A stretch of 53,529 bases of DNA, filler included, from Sluysia triapertura (GCA_046118255.1; 3 parts of 3 records of this genome joined end to end with filler, not necessarily neighbours in it); one strand, 5' to 3'. Shown: positions 28,379 through 39,900, numbered from the whole stretch's first letter. Numbers and translations: made by a program. The notes: generated by a model from the sequence alone, not told the origin.

Positions 28379-29782
28379 TTATAACTGTTGTGGTTTAGTA
28401 TAATTAATAAATTTCAAATTATGCTTTAAATTTTTTTGATTAAAAAATATGTAAAATCGATTAATAAAGAAATTAATAAGTTCTAAGAAATTCTTTTTTT
28501 TAATTAAAATTTGAAAACAATCCTCAACTTTTTGTTCAATAAAGAATAAACAAAATTCACATGAAAATTTATTTATTATAATTTTGAATTTTATGTACAG
28601 TCTTCTGTGTGTGCTCCTGATGCGTTTCCACATTTCACTACCTGAATAACAAATAAAAATTACAATATTATCAACGTAAATAAAACAATTATTTACTCCT
28701 TGCTCGTTAATGATTAAGTTGTTGACAGTCAAATTCATAGTCAATGAACTAAGACTCATGACTAGTTCTGTTATTCTAGAAGAATGATAGTTATAATTTG
28801 AATCGTTTCTCTTGATAGAACCCAATTCACAGACTGTATGAGCATAGAAGCAGTAAATTCCACTCTTTATACATATACCATTGTTGTCAGTACTGAATGG
28901 GCAAAAAGGAATCTCGTTAAATTGGTTTGAATCTGACCTGCTTAACTGACTTATATGTTTTCTTGATTGTTTTGTAACGCTTCCTTTAAATTTTAATACA
29001 TAATCAAACTCTTCATCAATAGCATCATCTTCATAATTGTTTACTGGTGGCTCATTTAAGAAAAACTCTTTCGATTTAAATTGGTGCTCATAGTGCGATT
29101 TTCTATTTGTATGAATTAACATGTAAACAGATTTTTCGAAAATCATTGTGTATATATAAGATATATCTTGTTTAATTTGTACATCAACATTATTAGTGAG
29201 AGTATTAAGCAATAATTTCTTTATTAGTTCAAATTCTTATGTTACCTTTAAATCATCTTTAGGTGTATATTTAGTTGGATCTCTTTTATAGATTACAATA
29301 TTCACATAAATCAACGGCATGCCATCATGAAGCCAAGTAACGGTTGATTTAATCAAAGCTCTAATCATATTCACTTTGTCAGCTTTCTGGGTTCCAGTTG
29401 CTAAAATAGGTGTAAGTAAAGACCAGTCTTTGTCATTAAGTGTTGTAAACCAGGCTCAGAAAACATCACTAATTAGAGAAGTATGGTTGTGAAAACTAAA
29501 TTTGCTATGTCCTGCCTGTAACACAATAAACGTTTATAAGGTAAATGACATTGTGAATCTTTCTATGACCCTTCGTAGAACTTCATGTTTTGACTCGCAA
29601 AATTCAACAATCAGGCATGAATTAATTTCTAATATACCAATTACGGTTCTTGGTATAGGCATATACTTATTTGGAAAAACGAGGTCCAAAATTAAATTGA
29701 TTTTATATTTTAGAGGCAAATTAATTGTCTCTCTCAGTAACACTTCTAGCTTGTCATTTTTGCCACAAATTTTAATATTCAT
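28379..29782 (-). pseudogene. Intronless Roquin-like (ROQ + CCCH zinc finger) ORF of 468 codons with three premature stops
   Basis: ORFs 29534-29782 and 28379-29212 share one frame. CCCH finger: CPFSTDNNGICIKSGIYCFYAHTVCEL. The N-terminal part aligns by eye with the Roquin ROQ domain. Confidence 0.55.
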
Positions 29783-29799
29783 AATGCCATAAATTTCTA

Positions 29800-31321
29800 T
29801 TCTTTTATTTATTAAAAAAATTTTAGAGACAAAACTTTTTGATCAAAATAAAATTTCGGAGAAAAGATTTTTTGATCACGCTTTTTGTTGACTATAAACT
29901 TTTTGTTATTAATTATAAAAATAATTTTTATTTTTCAATATGTATTCTATTTTTAGCTACATATAACCGGATTGGCCATTGTATAAAATTCGTCTTTTTT
30001 AATCTCTTTGATACATTTTTATGAAAACTCAACTTGATTGGCTGTCCAACCAGATGTGTTGAAATGATACAAACTGTAATGCTAGCTCTAGTTGGATGGC
30101 CAATGGAAACAAGCAAAACATTAATATCAATCATAGCTGATTAAATTACACTGTGATGACAACATCACAACAGTGATGTTAAACTATAACTGCAAATCGA
30201 AATGTCATTGCTGATGATGGCAGCTACCCAGTTAATTGTCTATACGGTTGATAAAATAAATTAACAAATAATAATGAAAAATAAAATGATTATATTAATA
30301 ATAGTAACAATAATGTTATTATTATTACTATTATTACTAAATACATAAATTCTTTATCTTCTAAAAACACAAGCTTTCTTTTATATTCTTTACTTTTCGA
30401 CATTTGAAATTTAAAAAAATGATGGAATTAAGAATGATAACAATAATAACAAGAACGAAAATGTTATCGTTATTATTGTTATTAAAATGCATAAAGTCCT
30501 TGTTTCTGAGTTTAACATGATCTTACATTTGATTCCGTTCTTTCTTAACATATTAAAACAGATGAACCTTAAAGAATTGAGAGTCTGCCATGTTACAGCT
30601 TAATGTTATGTAATTTGGATAAGGTTTTAAGGTGTAATAGTGATGTTAATGTTTTAAGAAAATGCGTAAGGAGTTTTAATATAAATTTTAACTGCTGTTT
30701 TCTAGTTTTACGTGAATTTTAGATCTTTCTTACTGAAGAGATATTAGAGTGTAGAAGGTTATAATTTAAGTACTTTGAAATAGTATAAATATTAAAAATG
30801 GATGATAAATCTGCATTGGTGTTTTGAAAGAAAGTAATGTTTAGCTGTTAGGATTTAAATGATAACGAATGATGAATTTAAAATGTTCGAGTTAATTTGA
30901 AGGTGTCAGGTAGATAATTTCGAATGTGGTTGTAGTTTGCTTGTTATGAAATGTCGAGTAAAATATTTTTGATGAATATCTTAATGTAAATTGATGGTAA
31001 TGAATGTCACTGTGTTTCGAATGTTATAAGGTTGTAGATTTGAAATGTGGGAGTTTATCTCGGTGGATCTGAAAAGGAATAAGATATAAAAACGGTTGTG
31101 ACGAATTTTACAAGGTTGTTATGTGATGTTGAAAAGAATATTTTAATTATTTTTGTATTAATTGTGAATTTGAAAGTGTGAGCTGTAGATTTTGGAGGTG
31201 AATGTTATATTGGCAAAGACTTACGTAAAAAAAATTTTTTTAATGAATTTTTTTGGAAATGTGAAATATAATTAAATAAATTTTTAATAAAATTTGTTAA
31301 GGTAATATGTTGGCCACCACA
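29800..31321 (-). mobile_element. LTR-like leader (unit A)
   Basis: Starts TGTGGTGGCCAACA on the minus strand, then about 1 kb of C/A-skewed sequence, a TTA-rich tract, an AACTGGGTAGCTGCCATCA motif and paired CCAAT hairpins. Homologous to 51076-52327 and 32940-33350. Confidence 0.65.
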
Positions 31322-31329
31322 ATAACATC

Positions 31330-32900
31330 AACGTTATGATATCTTGCAGAACATTAAATTCAAAGTAAACAATCGTGTTGATATGATAAAATTTAGAAGC
31401 ATTTAAAATATCACATTCAGAATAAACAATAATATTGATGTAAATTTTAGAAACATTTAAGACGTTGTATTGCTTTTCATGAATATATTCAATTGCATTA
31501 TGAGTATCAACTTTAGCTATTCTTATACTTTTAAAATTATTTAAAATGTTAAACTTTAAGTAAACAATCATATCGATATAAGATTTAGAAATAATATCAT
31601 CATGGTTAATATCACTATATGCTTTAATATTGAAATTTTTATCTTTGTTCCAAATTTTAGTATTTCTGTTAAGAAGTGGTGGAGTTAAAGTTTCAACACA
31701 ATCTCCATCAATTTATTTACTTTTTAATTCTTTAAGTTTTGGAGGAATCCTTTTGGTTTCAGGTACTTTGTTTGAATTTTCTGTTACTCTATGATTTGAT
31801 AACGAATCGGTGCTTTTATTGTGATGCTCTTCTGGGAATATTTGCTCTTTTATAATGCCATTTTCCATTATTACATAGATCACAAGGTTAGTCCACGTAT
31901 CTTCTTTTGATAATTTTCTTAAAACTTGAACAACAGTATTGGTCCAAACCATCTATCTACTAACTTTCCTTCTACTTGACCAAAAGAACATATGATTGGG
32001 ACGGAATACGGTGATTTTTTGGATCAGAAAAAAGTTTTACAATTTTTTCATAAGTTTCATCTATCTTCATTGCCTTCTCAGATGGATCAACATTAAGACT
32101 TGTACTAACATCATTTGATGACATTATACATAAAAACCCAAGCAGTTGTTAAACTATTTAATTTGTTTATAGAGACAAGCTGTTTATGAACGTAAGAAAA
32201 AATGTCTTTTCGAATTTATTTTCTGTTGTATAAAGTACTATACTGTTTCTATTCGTATTGAAACAAAGTCTGAAATTCCCGATTCATATCCATTATTTAT
32301 TACTTCGATCTTAATATTTTAACAACATTTTTCGTCATTTTCAAAAAATTTTAAAATTAAATCTACAATTTTTGCATTATTTAAACAATTGAAGAAAATA
32401 TTTGAAATTAAAATTTCAACACATATTATTTTTATAGATACATATTATTTTTATGGATACTAAGGATATTAACGTTTAAGTTTATGAAATTTGTCTTTAA
32501 GGTAGCTAAAGAAAAAATCGTGTTCTTCTTCGTTGTTGGCCTTACCATCAATATATTCTCTTCTGCTTATTTGCATAAATTCACATCCAGCATTGTTATC
32601 TTTATCATCATTAGGATTACAATTGTAAGAATCATAATGCTCGAATTCGACATTAATAACTTTATTATTACACATTTGGTAATCGTCATACACAACTTCA
32701 TCGGCTTTATCCTGATTATCTCTAGTAATCATAGCTGGAGTATTGTTATCTTTACTATTGCAGATCAAATTAGACTTATATTCGTCGTTGCATATAATAT
32801 AATCGTTACATTTATCATCACGAATAATCATAACTTACGTCTTTACTATTGTTGATCATGTTAAACTCAACTTTGTAAATGCTGCCAAATTGTGTTAGAA
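31330..32900 (-). pseudogene. Decayed intronless ORF (D/N-rich N-terminus, about 19-aa repeats at 3' end), unknown function
   Basis: Collinear ORF fragments 32469-32831, 31713-31952 and 31284-31571 lie downstream of a leader copy. Confidence 0.4.
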
Positions 32901-32939
32901 AGTTTGTACAAATTTTAATTGTTGCTGAAAATTTTTAAC

Positions 32940-33350
32940 ATGTAACTTGATTGGTTTTCAAATTGTATTACGAGATACTTTGGAAAATAACAGGATAAAA
33001 TTTGATAATCAAATGGTAATTATTGACTGGTCATCCAACCAGAAATGTTTTTATGCAAATAGTAGCATTTCTTGTTTTGGTTGTATGACCAATACAAATT
33101 AACAGAAAAATAAAGAGTGGAATCATACTGTGATGACAAGCATCATCAACAGTGACATGAAATTATAAATGTAAACTAAAATGTCACTTGATTATGTACT
33201 TCGTTAATAAAATAAATTAAATTAAATTAAAAACGGTGATAATAATAACAAAAGTATTATTATTATTAACCTAAAGGCATAAATTATTTGTCTTTTTTAA
33301 AAACATTATCTGTCTTTAAACTCTTCACCTTCTAAACATAATAGACTTAA
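32940..33350 (-). repeat. Second diverged copy of the leader/promoter module (unit B)
   Basis: Aligns by eye to 30030-30420 (TCCAACCAGA, CTGTGATGACAA..CATCA..ACAGTGA, AAATGTCA). Confidence 0.7.
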
Positions 33351-33671
33351 AATGATGACGTCTACAGAACTGTGAACTTGTGATATCAATGCCTTAAAAA
33401 AATTCATACACGTTTTATTATAAATTTTAGTTAATTCAGACTAATGTTTTAAATGAATTAAATTCAATAAAATTACGCGATTCAATCCTAGAATATATTT
33501 TTTCAGAAGTAATTTCGATAACGATAGATTAAACAATAATTAATTGGAATGTGATTTCAATGTAACTCATAAGATTAATTTTCGACCACGATTTTACCGC
33601 AGAAAAATTGTTGGGACTACTATAGTCCATGTAGTATAATGGACTATAGTAATCTAAAAAAATGTTAGACG

Positions 33672-33740
33672 GGGCTGATAGATCAGTAGATCATCGAACT
33701 GCTTAGCGAGAAGTCCCGTGTTCGAGACCCCGTCAGTCCA
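33672..33740 (+). pseudogene. tRNA-Ala(AGC)-derived pseudogene or SINE head
   Basis: GGGCTGA/TCAGTCC acceptor stem, A box TAGATCAGTAG, CTTAGC anticodon-loop remnant and B box GTTCGAGACC. The anticodon arm is partly deleted. Confidence 0.65.
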
Positions 33741-34254
33741 TTTAGGTAACAAAATATCTAATCATAAGTTAGATATGGTTTTGAATTAATTCGTCATATG
33801 AAGACTATTAGAGATAACTTTAACCTACACCATAAACTTTCAGAAAATGATTCATAATAGTGATATACTTCTTATGAATGTTTCAAGCTACGTAAGCTAG
33901 ATTCTTTCAATTAATTCAATTAAATTCATCGACCTTATCATATCACTTTATCTTATCGGTCACATTTCTCGAATAATTAGTATCTTCTTGTAAATGCTAT
34001 TTCATTTGGTCTACGTATCCTTTTTATGCTTATTGCCATCGATGCGACACGCATTTACATTAATAACATAAATTAACAAAAAAACGAGTATCTCTTTTCA
34101 CAGAAAATTTATATTATAACTTCGCATAAAATTTGTAACAAATAAAACTAATTTTTGAATTGAACAAAACTTTAACATATTATATATAAGTAGTATATGT
34201 TGACCTAAAGTGCTATCTATTAAAATTGACTAAAATAATCTAAAATTGTTAGAA

Positions 34255-34275
34255 GGAGCTGATAGCTCAGTTGGT
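34255..34275 (+). pseudogene. Truncated second tRNA-like copy (5' half only)
   Basis: GGAGCTGATAGCTCAGTTGGT with the same upstream flank (TAATCTAAAA..TGTTAGA) as the copy at 33672. Confidence 0.55.
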
Positions 34276-34279
34276 GAAT

Positions 34280-35212
34280 GTTCAAGCCTTCCTGAACAAC
34301 TTCCCTCTACCTAAACTTGCAAGATGAACTTGCCTATAGTAGATTTTCAACTTAGAAAGGCACTGGATATTGATAATTATCAGCAAGAATGACAGTTTCT
34401 CCACCATGCGGACTCTCTAAATTCTCAACCTGACCACCTACTTGCACCTTACACCAGCAATGTCGTATCTACCCATACACCACTAATAATATACCCAGTA
34501 CCACATGATTGTAATGTGATGCTGCATTACAATATAAACGGAATTCTAACCTAAGAAACCTTATCAAGCCTGACATCCGAGCCACCCGACAGCTCATTAA
34601 CAATATCAATCAAACAGATCAACCTATCATCGAAAATCTAACCTAAAGAACCACCTACCTCAATCCAATCCCTGTACAACAAACTCCAAAACACTAGTAA
34701 CTCCCGATAGATGAAATATTCCAATCTATATGTGATGTCATCCAACAAATTAACCCACCTAAATTCCCAAACATTATGTCTCAACACAAAGAAGCTTGCA
34801 ACGCGAACCATAACAACCCAGCTTGGACAAGATCTTTGCTGAAAACCAAACCAAAGCATTCCATATAATTACTGGAATATCCACCTTTCCTACCAACCCC
34901 ACACCAGAGGAATTCTGATATTACTACAATAGTGGAGCAGTACCACTGTGTGACCCACTTAAAGTCACTCACCTGCCAAAATTCATGGACTATATGACTA
35001 CCGATCCCATCCTGGAGATTGAGATCCTCACTACTTTTAAATAATGCAAGCACTCTGCACCAGGTCACAACCAAATAACATTCGGTCAACTGCTAGCCCT
35101 ACTTCTGAACCGAATCCGATTGCTTGGAAGAACTAAATACTCTACTGATAATCAAACCCAATAAATAAGACTTGGCGCAAGACGTCGCTTCATGGAGACC
35201 TACATTTATTGT
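34280..35212 (+). mobile_element. Non-LTR retrotransposon fragment (R2/NeSL-like pre-RT and start of RT)
   Basis: GC-richer block. DPILEIEILTTFK*CKHSAPGHNQIT...TLLIIKPNK*DLAQDVASWRP matches the SAPGxDxI and T-LI-K...WRP motifs. Confidence 0.75.
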
Positions 35213-35331
35213 GGACTGTGTGGGCGCTTTTGAAATCTTATAATTAATAAATTAATTTTATTTAATTTTAAATTTGTTTAAAATGTTTAAAATCTCCGTT
35301 GAAAAAAAAGAATTAACAATTAACTTTAAAA

Positions 35332-35784
35332 CTACAATTTTTTAATTATAAAACTAGGCAAAAGGCCTTTTAAAAGTAACAATTTTAACGGAACAATGAC
35401 GCAATCTAACAATTTATTAATATTGATAAAAGTTAGAAATAAACAAAATAAATAAATAAATAAAAAATAGAATGCCAGTCTCCTAGTTAAAGTCAAGTCA
35501 TCATCTCGTTTGATTGAATAGTTTGCAAACGTTGATTCATAACAGTCTTTAGGTCTTATTAATTCACTCAAAGACGATGTAACGAAACTCATTATGTTGA
35601 GGATAAACAAAACATGATACATAAATATATGGGAATATAATTTACATTTTGACATTTGATTCCATTTCATTATATAAACTGTTGATGTGTAAGTACCAAA
35701 AAATGTTAAGCATAAAATACTCAAGTGAATAAATTTTAAAATACTAAACTTCATGAAATGTTTACCATATATTGAGTAATACAA
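35332..35784 (-). CDS. Possible multi-pass membrane protein ORF or exon, unknown
   Basis: 150 open codons with about three hydrophobic segments. A tttatttag acceptor-like site lies just upstream. Confidence 0.3.
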   Translation of the reverse strand: MYYSIYGKHFMKFSILKFIHLSILCLTFFGTYTSTVYIMKWNQMSKCKLYSHIFMYHVLFILNIMSFVTSSLSELIRPKDCYESTFANYSIKRDDDLTLTRRLAFYFLFIYLFCLFLTFININKLLDCVIVPLKLLLLKGLLPSFIIKKL

Positions 35785-36147
35785 ATTTCTAAATAAAACA
35801 ATAATTTTGTTAGCATATTACAAAATTAAATCATCGATTTTTTTAAAATCACAATTTTTTAAATATTATTAATTTTTTAATATTATTAGAAGTTATTTAC
35901 AAATAATGAAAGTTATCTGTTGCATTTTAAGCTCAAGTAGTTGCTATATATTTCAATTCCAGTAAAGTGATAATTTTATAAATCTTAAAAAAATAATTTC
36001 GCAACGTAACGTAGATATATACATAAATTATACATAATCAAAAATTACATTTAAAATTTTAGATAAAACAACTTTTTTATTCAATGATGTAATTTTTGAT
36101 TGCAAAATGATATATACAGTTCGTTAATACTAATTACTTTACCGTTG

Positions 36148-37008
36148 TTATGTCACAGAATTTTTATAAGTTGAATTTACATGCACATTTTCCAATTGAA
36201 TAAACTCGTCTATATAAATATTACAATTCGGTAGAAATTCATGTCGGATTTCGGGACCCGAACAGTTTAAATGAATACTAAATTTAATTGTATCAGTCCT
36301 GATCAAAGTAACAGCATACTTAGAATATTCAGTTTGAAATTCCATAATTTGAAGAACAATAAGTAGTACAACATATCAGATGTGAAAGTCAGTATTATTT
36401 GCACTCTTTTTAGTAATTAATACAAGATCGTTAAACAAAAATATGATTACCGAGTTGATATTTATCAACTCATTAAAACTTAATTGGCACACGAGTTTTC
36501 TGTGATTTTGAATTAAATCTTTAGGTAAATGTGGGCTATTAAGTTGCTTGGAAATATCTCTAACAATGTCAGTATGACCTTTATGAGGTTTCATTTGTTT
36601 ACTTTTAATATTATCATATGTTTCGTTTAAGTAATCTTCTTTAATGAAGGACTCATTATTTATATGTTTAAAAAGATTAATAAATTGTTCCTTGGTCATA
36701 TATCTTGTTTTCTAGCCGATGGATTAAATGAAATATTATGGAGCATCAGAGTTGTGAAGCACTATAGAATCAAGATTTTATAACATTTCTTAAAATTCGG
36801 GATTATGACATAAATATGCATCTCTGAAATCTTCTAATCTATTCAATATCTTTTGAGTTTCACCAATAGTTATGTAGTTTTCATTACTTGCATTATATTG
36901 GAATTCTGCAATTTGAGATTTAATGAGGTTTGCTGGCGTAATTATTACATAATTTAGAATGATGTTGCTGATGTTAATATGAAAGTTATTATGTGGCAAT
37001 CGTGGCAA
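36148..37008 (-). pseudogene. Intronless, frameshifted IQSEC/BRAG-type ArfGEF fragment (Sec7 C-half + PH)
   Basis: GETQKILNRLEDFRDAYLCHNP (Sec7 motif 1 with the Glu finger), ILIL*CFTTLMLH..FNPS (motif 2), MTKEQFI..YDNIK, then HRKLVC and IFLFNDLVLITK (IQSEC PH). Confidence 0.8.
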
Positions 37009-37187
37009 TTATAACATACGATTTTAATACTAATAATTATTATATATTTTAATACGATTGGATCTGTAATAACAATAGTTATAGTTCGTGATAGTTATGT
37101 ATAATGGTTATGTTTGTTTTTTGAATGAGTCTAGTAGTTTGTTTAATGATCTGTGTAAGTAAGTGATGTTTTTATGTGATGAAGTGT

Positions 37188-37287
37188 NNNNNNNNNNNNN
37201 NNNNNNNNNNNNNNNNNNNNNNNNNNNNNNNTTAATTAATTAANNNNNNNNNNNNNNNNNNNNNNNNNNNNNNNNNNNNNNNNNNNN
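37188..37287. other. Artificial assembly join (N44 + TTAATTAATTAA + N44)
   Basis: Same spacer as 24681-24780. Confidence 0.95.
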
Positions 37288-37308
37288 AAACTTAATTTAT
37301 GTTCTCAA

Positions 37309-37376
37309 GAATAAAATTATAAATGTGAGTTCACAAACGTATCTAGTCATACTGGTTAGAGCTAGCCGTTGGATTT
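37309..37376. repeat. Conserved dispersed motif, copy 3; downstream 37380-38100 has patchy similarity to 27180-27500
   Basis: GAATAAA...GTGAGTTCACAAACGTATCTAGTCATACTGG...GCTAGCCGTTGGATTT. Confidence 0.7.
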
Positions 37377-37544
37377 TTTAGAAGAAAATAACTACAGGAG
37401 TTCAATTAACTGTTCTAGTAGTGCTTACTTGACTTATCAAATATATTTAAATTTTCATAATTAAATCGATCTCTTACTTCTTTATTAATTGATTTTGTGA
37501 AAAAACTCTCTTTAGAATAGGATCTGTAAACAATGGATTTTGCG

Positions 37545-37676
37545 AATTCCGATGTATTTCTGAGTAACTAAATAGAAATGTCAACTATGCAATTACAATT
37601 ACAACTATACAATTCCGATGTATTTCTGAGTAACTAATTACAAATGTCAACTATGCAATTACAATTACAACTATAT
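37545..37676 (+). repeat. 66-bp tandem duplication
   Basis: AATTCCGATGTATTTCTGAGTAACTAA... at 37545 and 37611. Confidence 0.9.
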
Positions 37677-38323
37677 AATTTACAAACGATTCTCCTTTAA
37701 ACAGAATCGGTAATAAAATCTTAATTAATATCAAGAATTTTACAGGAATATATATATTTCAAAAATACAAGTAAAAATTCTTAGAAAAAATTAATAATTA
37801 GTAATAACAAGTTTACGCAATCAACTGTAATTAACTATAGTTAAAAGATAATTTTAATTAGAATTTTGCGAAGAACGATTAAATAGTTCTAATATGTGTT
37901 ATAATAATAATTTAAGTTTACTTTACGGAGGTACCAAAGTGTACAATAACTTAATGACGAATCCTTTTGATAAAAATTGTTTCTCCGGTATTTGAAATTT
38001 TTAAATAAGTTTTAAAAACAAAAGTCGTGTTTTTTTGTTACGTATTTAAACTGATATTATTTTGTGTCCTTGACCTTGAAGGACGTATGAAAATTAAAGC
38101 AAATAAATTGTTCAAATAATTTTATCAAAATAAGTTCACAAAAAAAATAAATTTTTTAAATTCGTTAGTTTATTAGTTTATAATTAATTTAAAATAAAAT
38201 GTAAAATTCGAAATTTATAATAATAATAATACTAACAAAAATTCAACATAAATTGTTCATCATAAAACCAAATTATATATCCAAATCATTAAATCACATA
38301 TTAAATCAATTAAAACATTATGC

Positions 38324-38730
38324 TGTGATGGTCAACCTTGTTATTCAAAATTAAAAATCATTATTTTACATAAAATATCATATTTGCTAACATTTTATTT
38401 TATATTTTACTTTCTGAGATCTATTAAAATCTTTTCACACTTCAAAACATTTTAAATTTCCAACCTTATAACATTAAAATCATATTTACATTCAAAACCA
38501 TTAATGTACATTTCAAATTCATTTAAAATATTTTTAATTCACAATTTACATCTCAAATTATCAAATATACATATCACAATTCTTCAACATTCAATCAGTA
38601 ACATTAGCAAGAAACATTAGAGTAAAATTATAATAGAGTAAAATTTTGTCACATCTTGAATTCTTTATAGCGATTCAAACACTCGTAAACATTCATCTTA
38701 GTAGAAATAAGTAATTTTTCTCTTTTTTAA
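38324..38730 (+). mobile_element. LTR-like start, short or deleted copy
   Basis: TGTGATGGTCAACC followed by a C/A-skewed tract. Confidence 0.5.
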
Positions 38731-38859
38731 ATCTAATTAGAACGTCTCCGACCAGGTAAAACGTATCTAATTAGTCGAACTGATCCTCACGGTCTTTTGG
38801 TAAGTATAAGTTGACTAAACACTTAATAATAATTAATTCCAAGTTTTTCGAGTACTTTT

Positions 38860-39210
38860 TCGAGTACTTTAATATAAACTCAGTTTGAAACTTTATTTGT
38901 TTGTCGTTTTTAATTAATGTCGATACTTCTGCACTTAAATCTTTACCACTCTTTGATTTAGCTGGTACAGTTCTTGAAAATCTTGAAAGCATATTTGTAA
39001 ATCTTGAAAATATATTTGTAATCAGTACAAATCTTTTCCATAATGTATGTGGTCCTCTTGTTTTACGTGTTCGAAATATTCGTCTCATTGGTTTATTGAG
39101 TCAGTATGCCAACTGATTTCTCAACCATTTATCGTCTCCTTCGTCTACTCTTGTGTAATCAACTGGGATTTTTTGGAATCGGACCATATATTCATCGATT
39201 TTGTCTTCAT
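38860..39210 (-). mobile_element. Polinton/Maverick-type integrase remnant (N-terminal half)
   Basis: IWSDSK(NPS)...KWLRNQLAY*LNKPMRRIFRTRK...LW...IFSRF..TVPAKSKSGKDL...FQT resembles YYDPKNP..WL..Q.AYTLHKP.RR.F..RK...FSK.AW..PLK.K.G...QTD. Confidence 0.7.
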
Positions 39211-39229
39211 CTTCTTTTTTTGATCCTCC

Positions 39230-39536
39230 ATTACAACAATATAATTACAACAATATAAAATTAGAAAATCCAAAATCTCTTCAACCAAGATACACCGGTC
39301 TCTACAAACCCATCCAATTCAATTCAAATAACAACACCACTTCCAAAACAGTTAATTTGTGTAAGCTTAAACCAGCTACAATTCTAGTTGAAGAACATTC
39401 ACAGACAATACCAAGAAATCGGTAACATTTAACAATACAACTACCCTATTAAATGAAACAGGTCTGCACAATATTGAACTAAACGTTACAGACTCATTTT
39501 AACCATCCGTCGCTCCGCGTCTTCAAGGGGGGCTGA
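39230..39536 (+). mobile_element. Gypsy integrase C-terminal remnant and polypurine tract
   Basis: KSLQPRYTGLYK...TVNLCKLKPA resembles PLQPPYxGPYK...VSIDRLKPA. IRRSA follows, then PPT AAGGGGGG (39525-39532) just before TGTGG. Confidence 0.7.
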
Positions 39537-39900
39537 TGTGGTGACCAACCCAATAATAATTGGAAATTTTATAACACAATATACACCAAAATCACCTTTC
39601 AACATTTCATAATTCATAATATTTTCAAACATTCCAAACATAAAATTATATAGCATTAAATTCACATTTAATACCGAAAATCATCAAAGATTTTCTTTAA
39701 AAAAATTAAATCAAAACAGTGCAAACTCAGTTCAACATACTTCACACAAAATCACATTCCATAACATTCTATAATAGTATTATGTGTTTAAGATAAATTA
39801 ACACACATTTGTATGTCGATGCTTAGCATTGGTCAGCTATATTTTTGTTGAATTAGATATCATTTCAATAATAGTAACTGGGATAACAATTTTAGATAAA
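39537..39900 (+). mobile_element. Start of 3' LTR (end not located)
   Basis: TGTGGTGACCAACC lies 4 nt after the PPT, followed by a C/A-skewed tract. Confidence 0.7.

Noticed and set aside
38740-38822. Spliced-leader RNA gene
   Set aside because: It has a GGTAAGT donor, but no terminal ATG of a flatworm-type SL and no Sm site that I can support.
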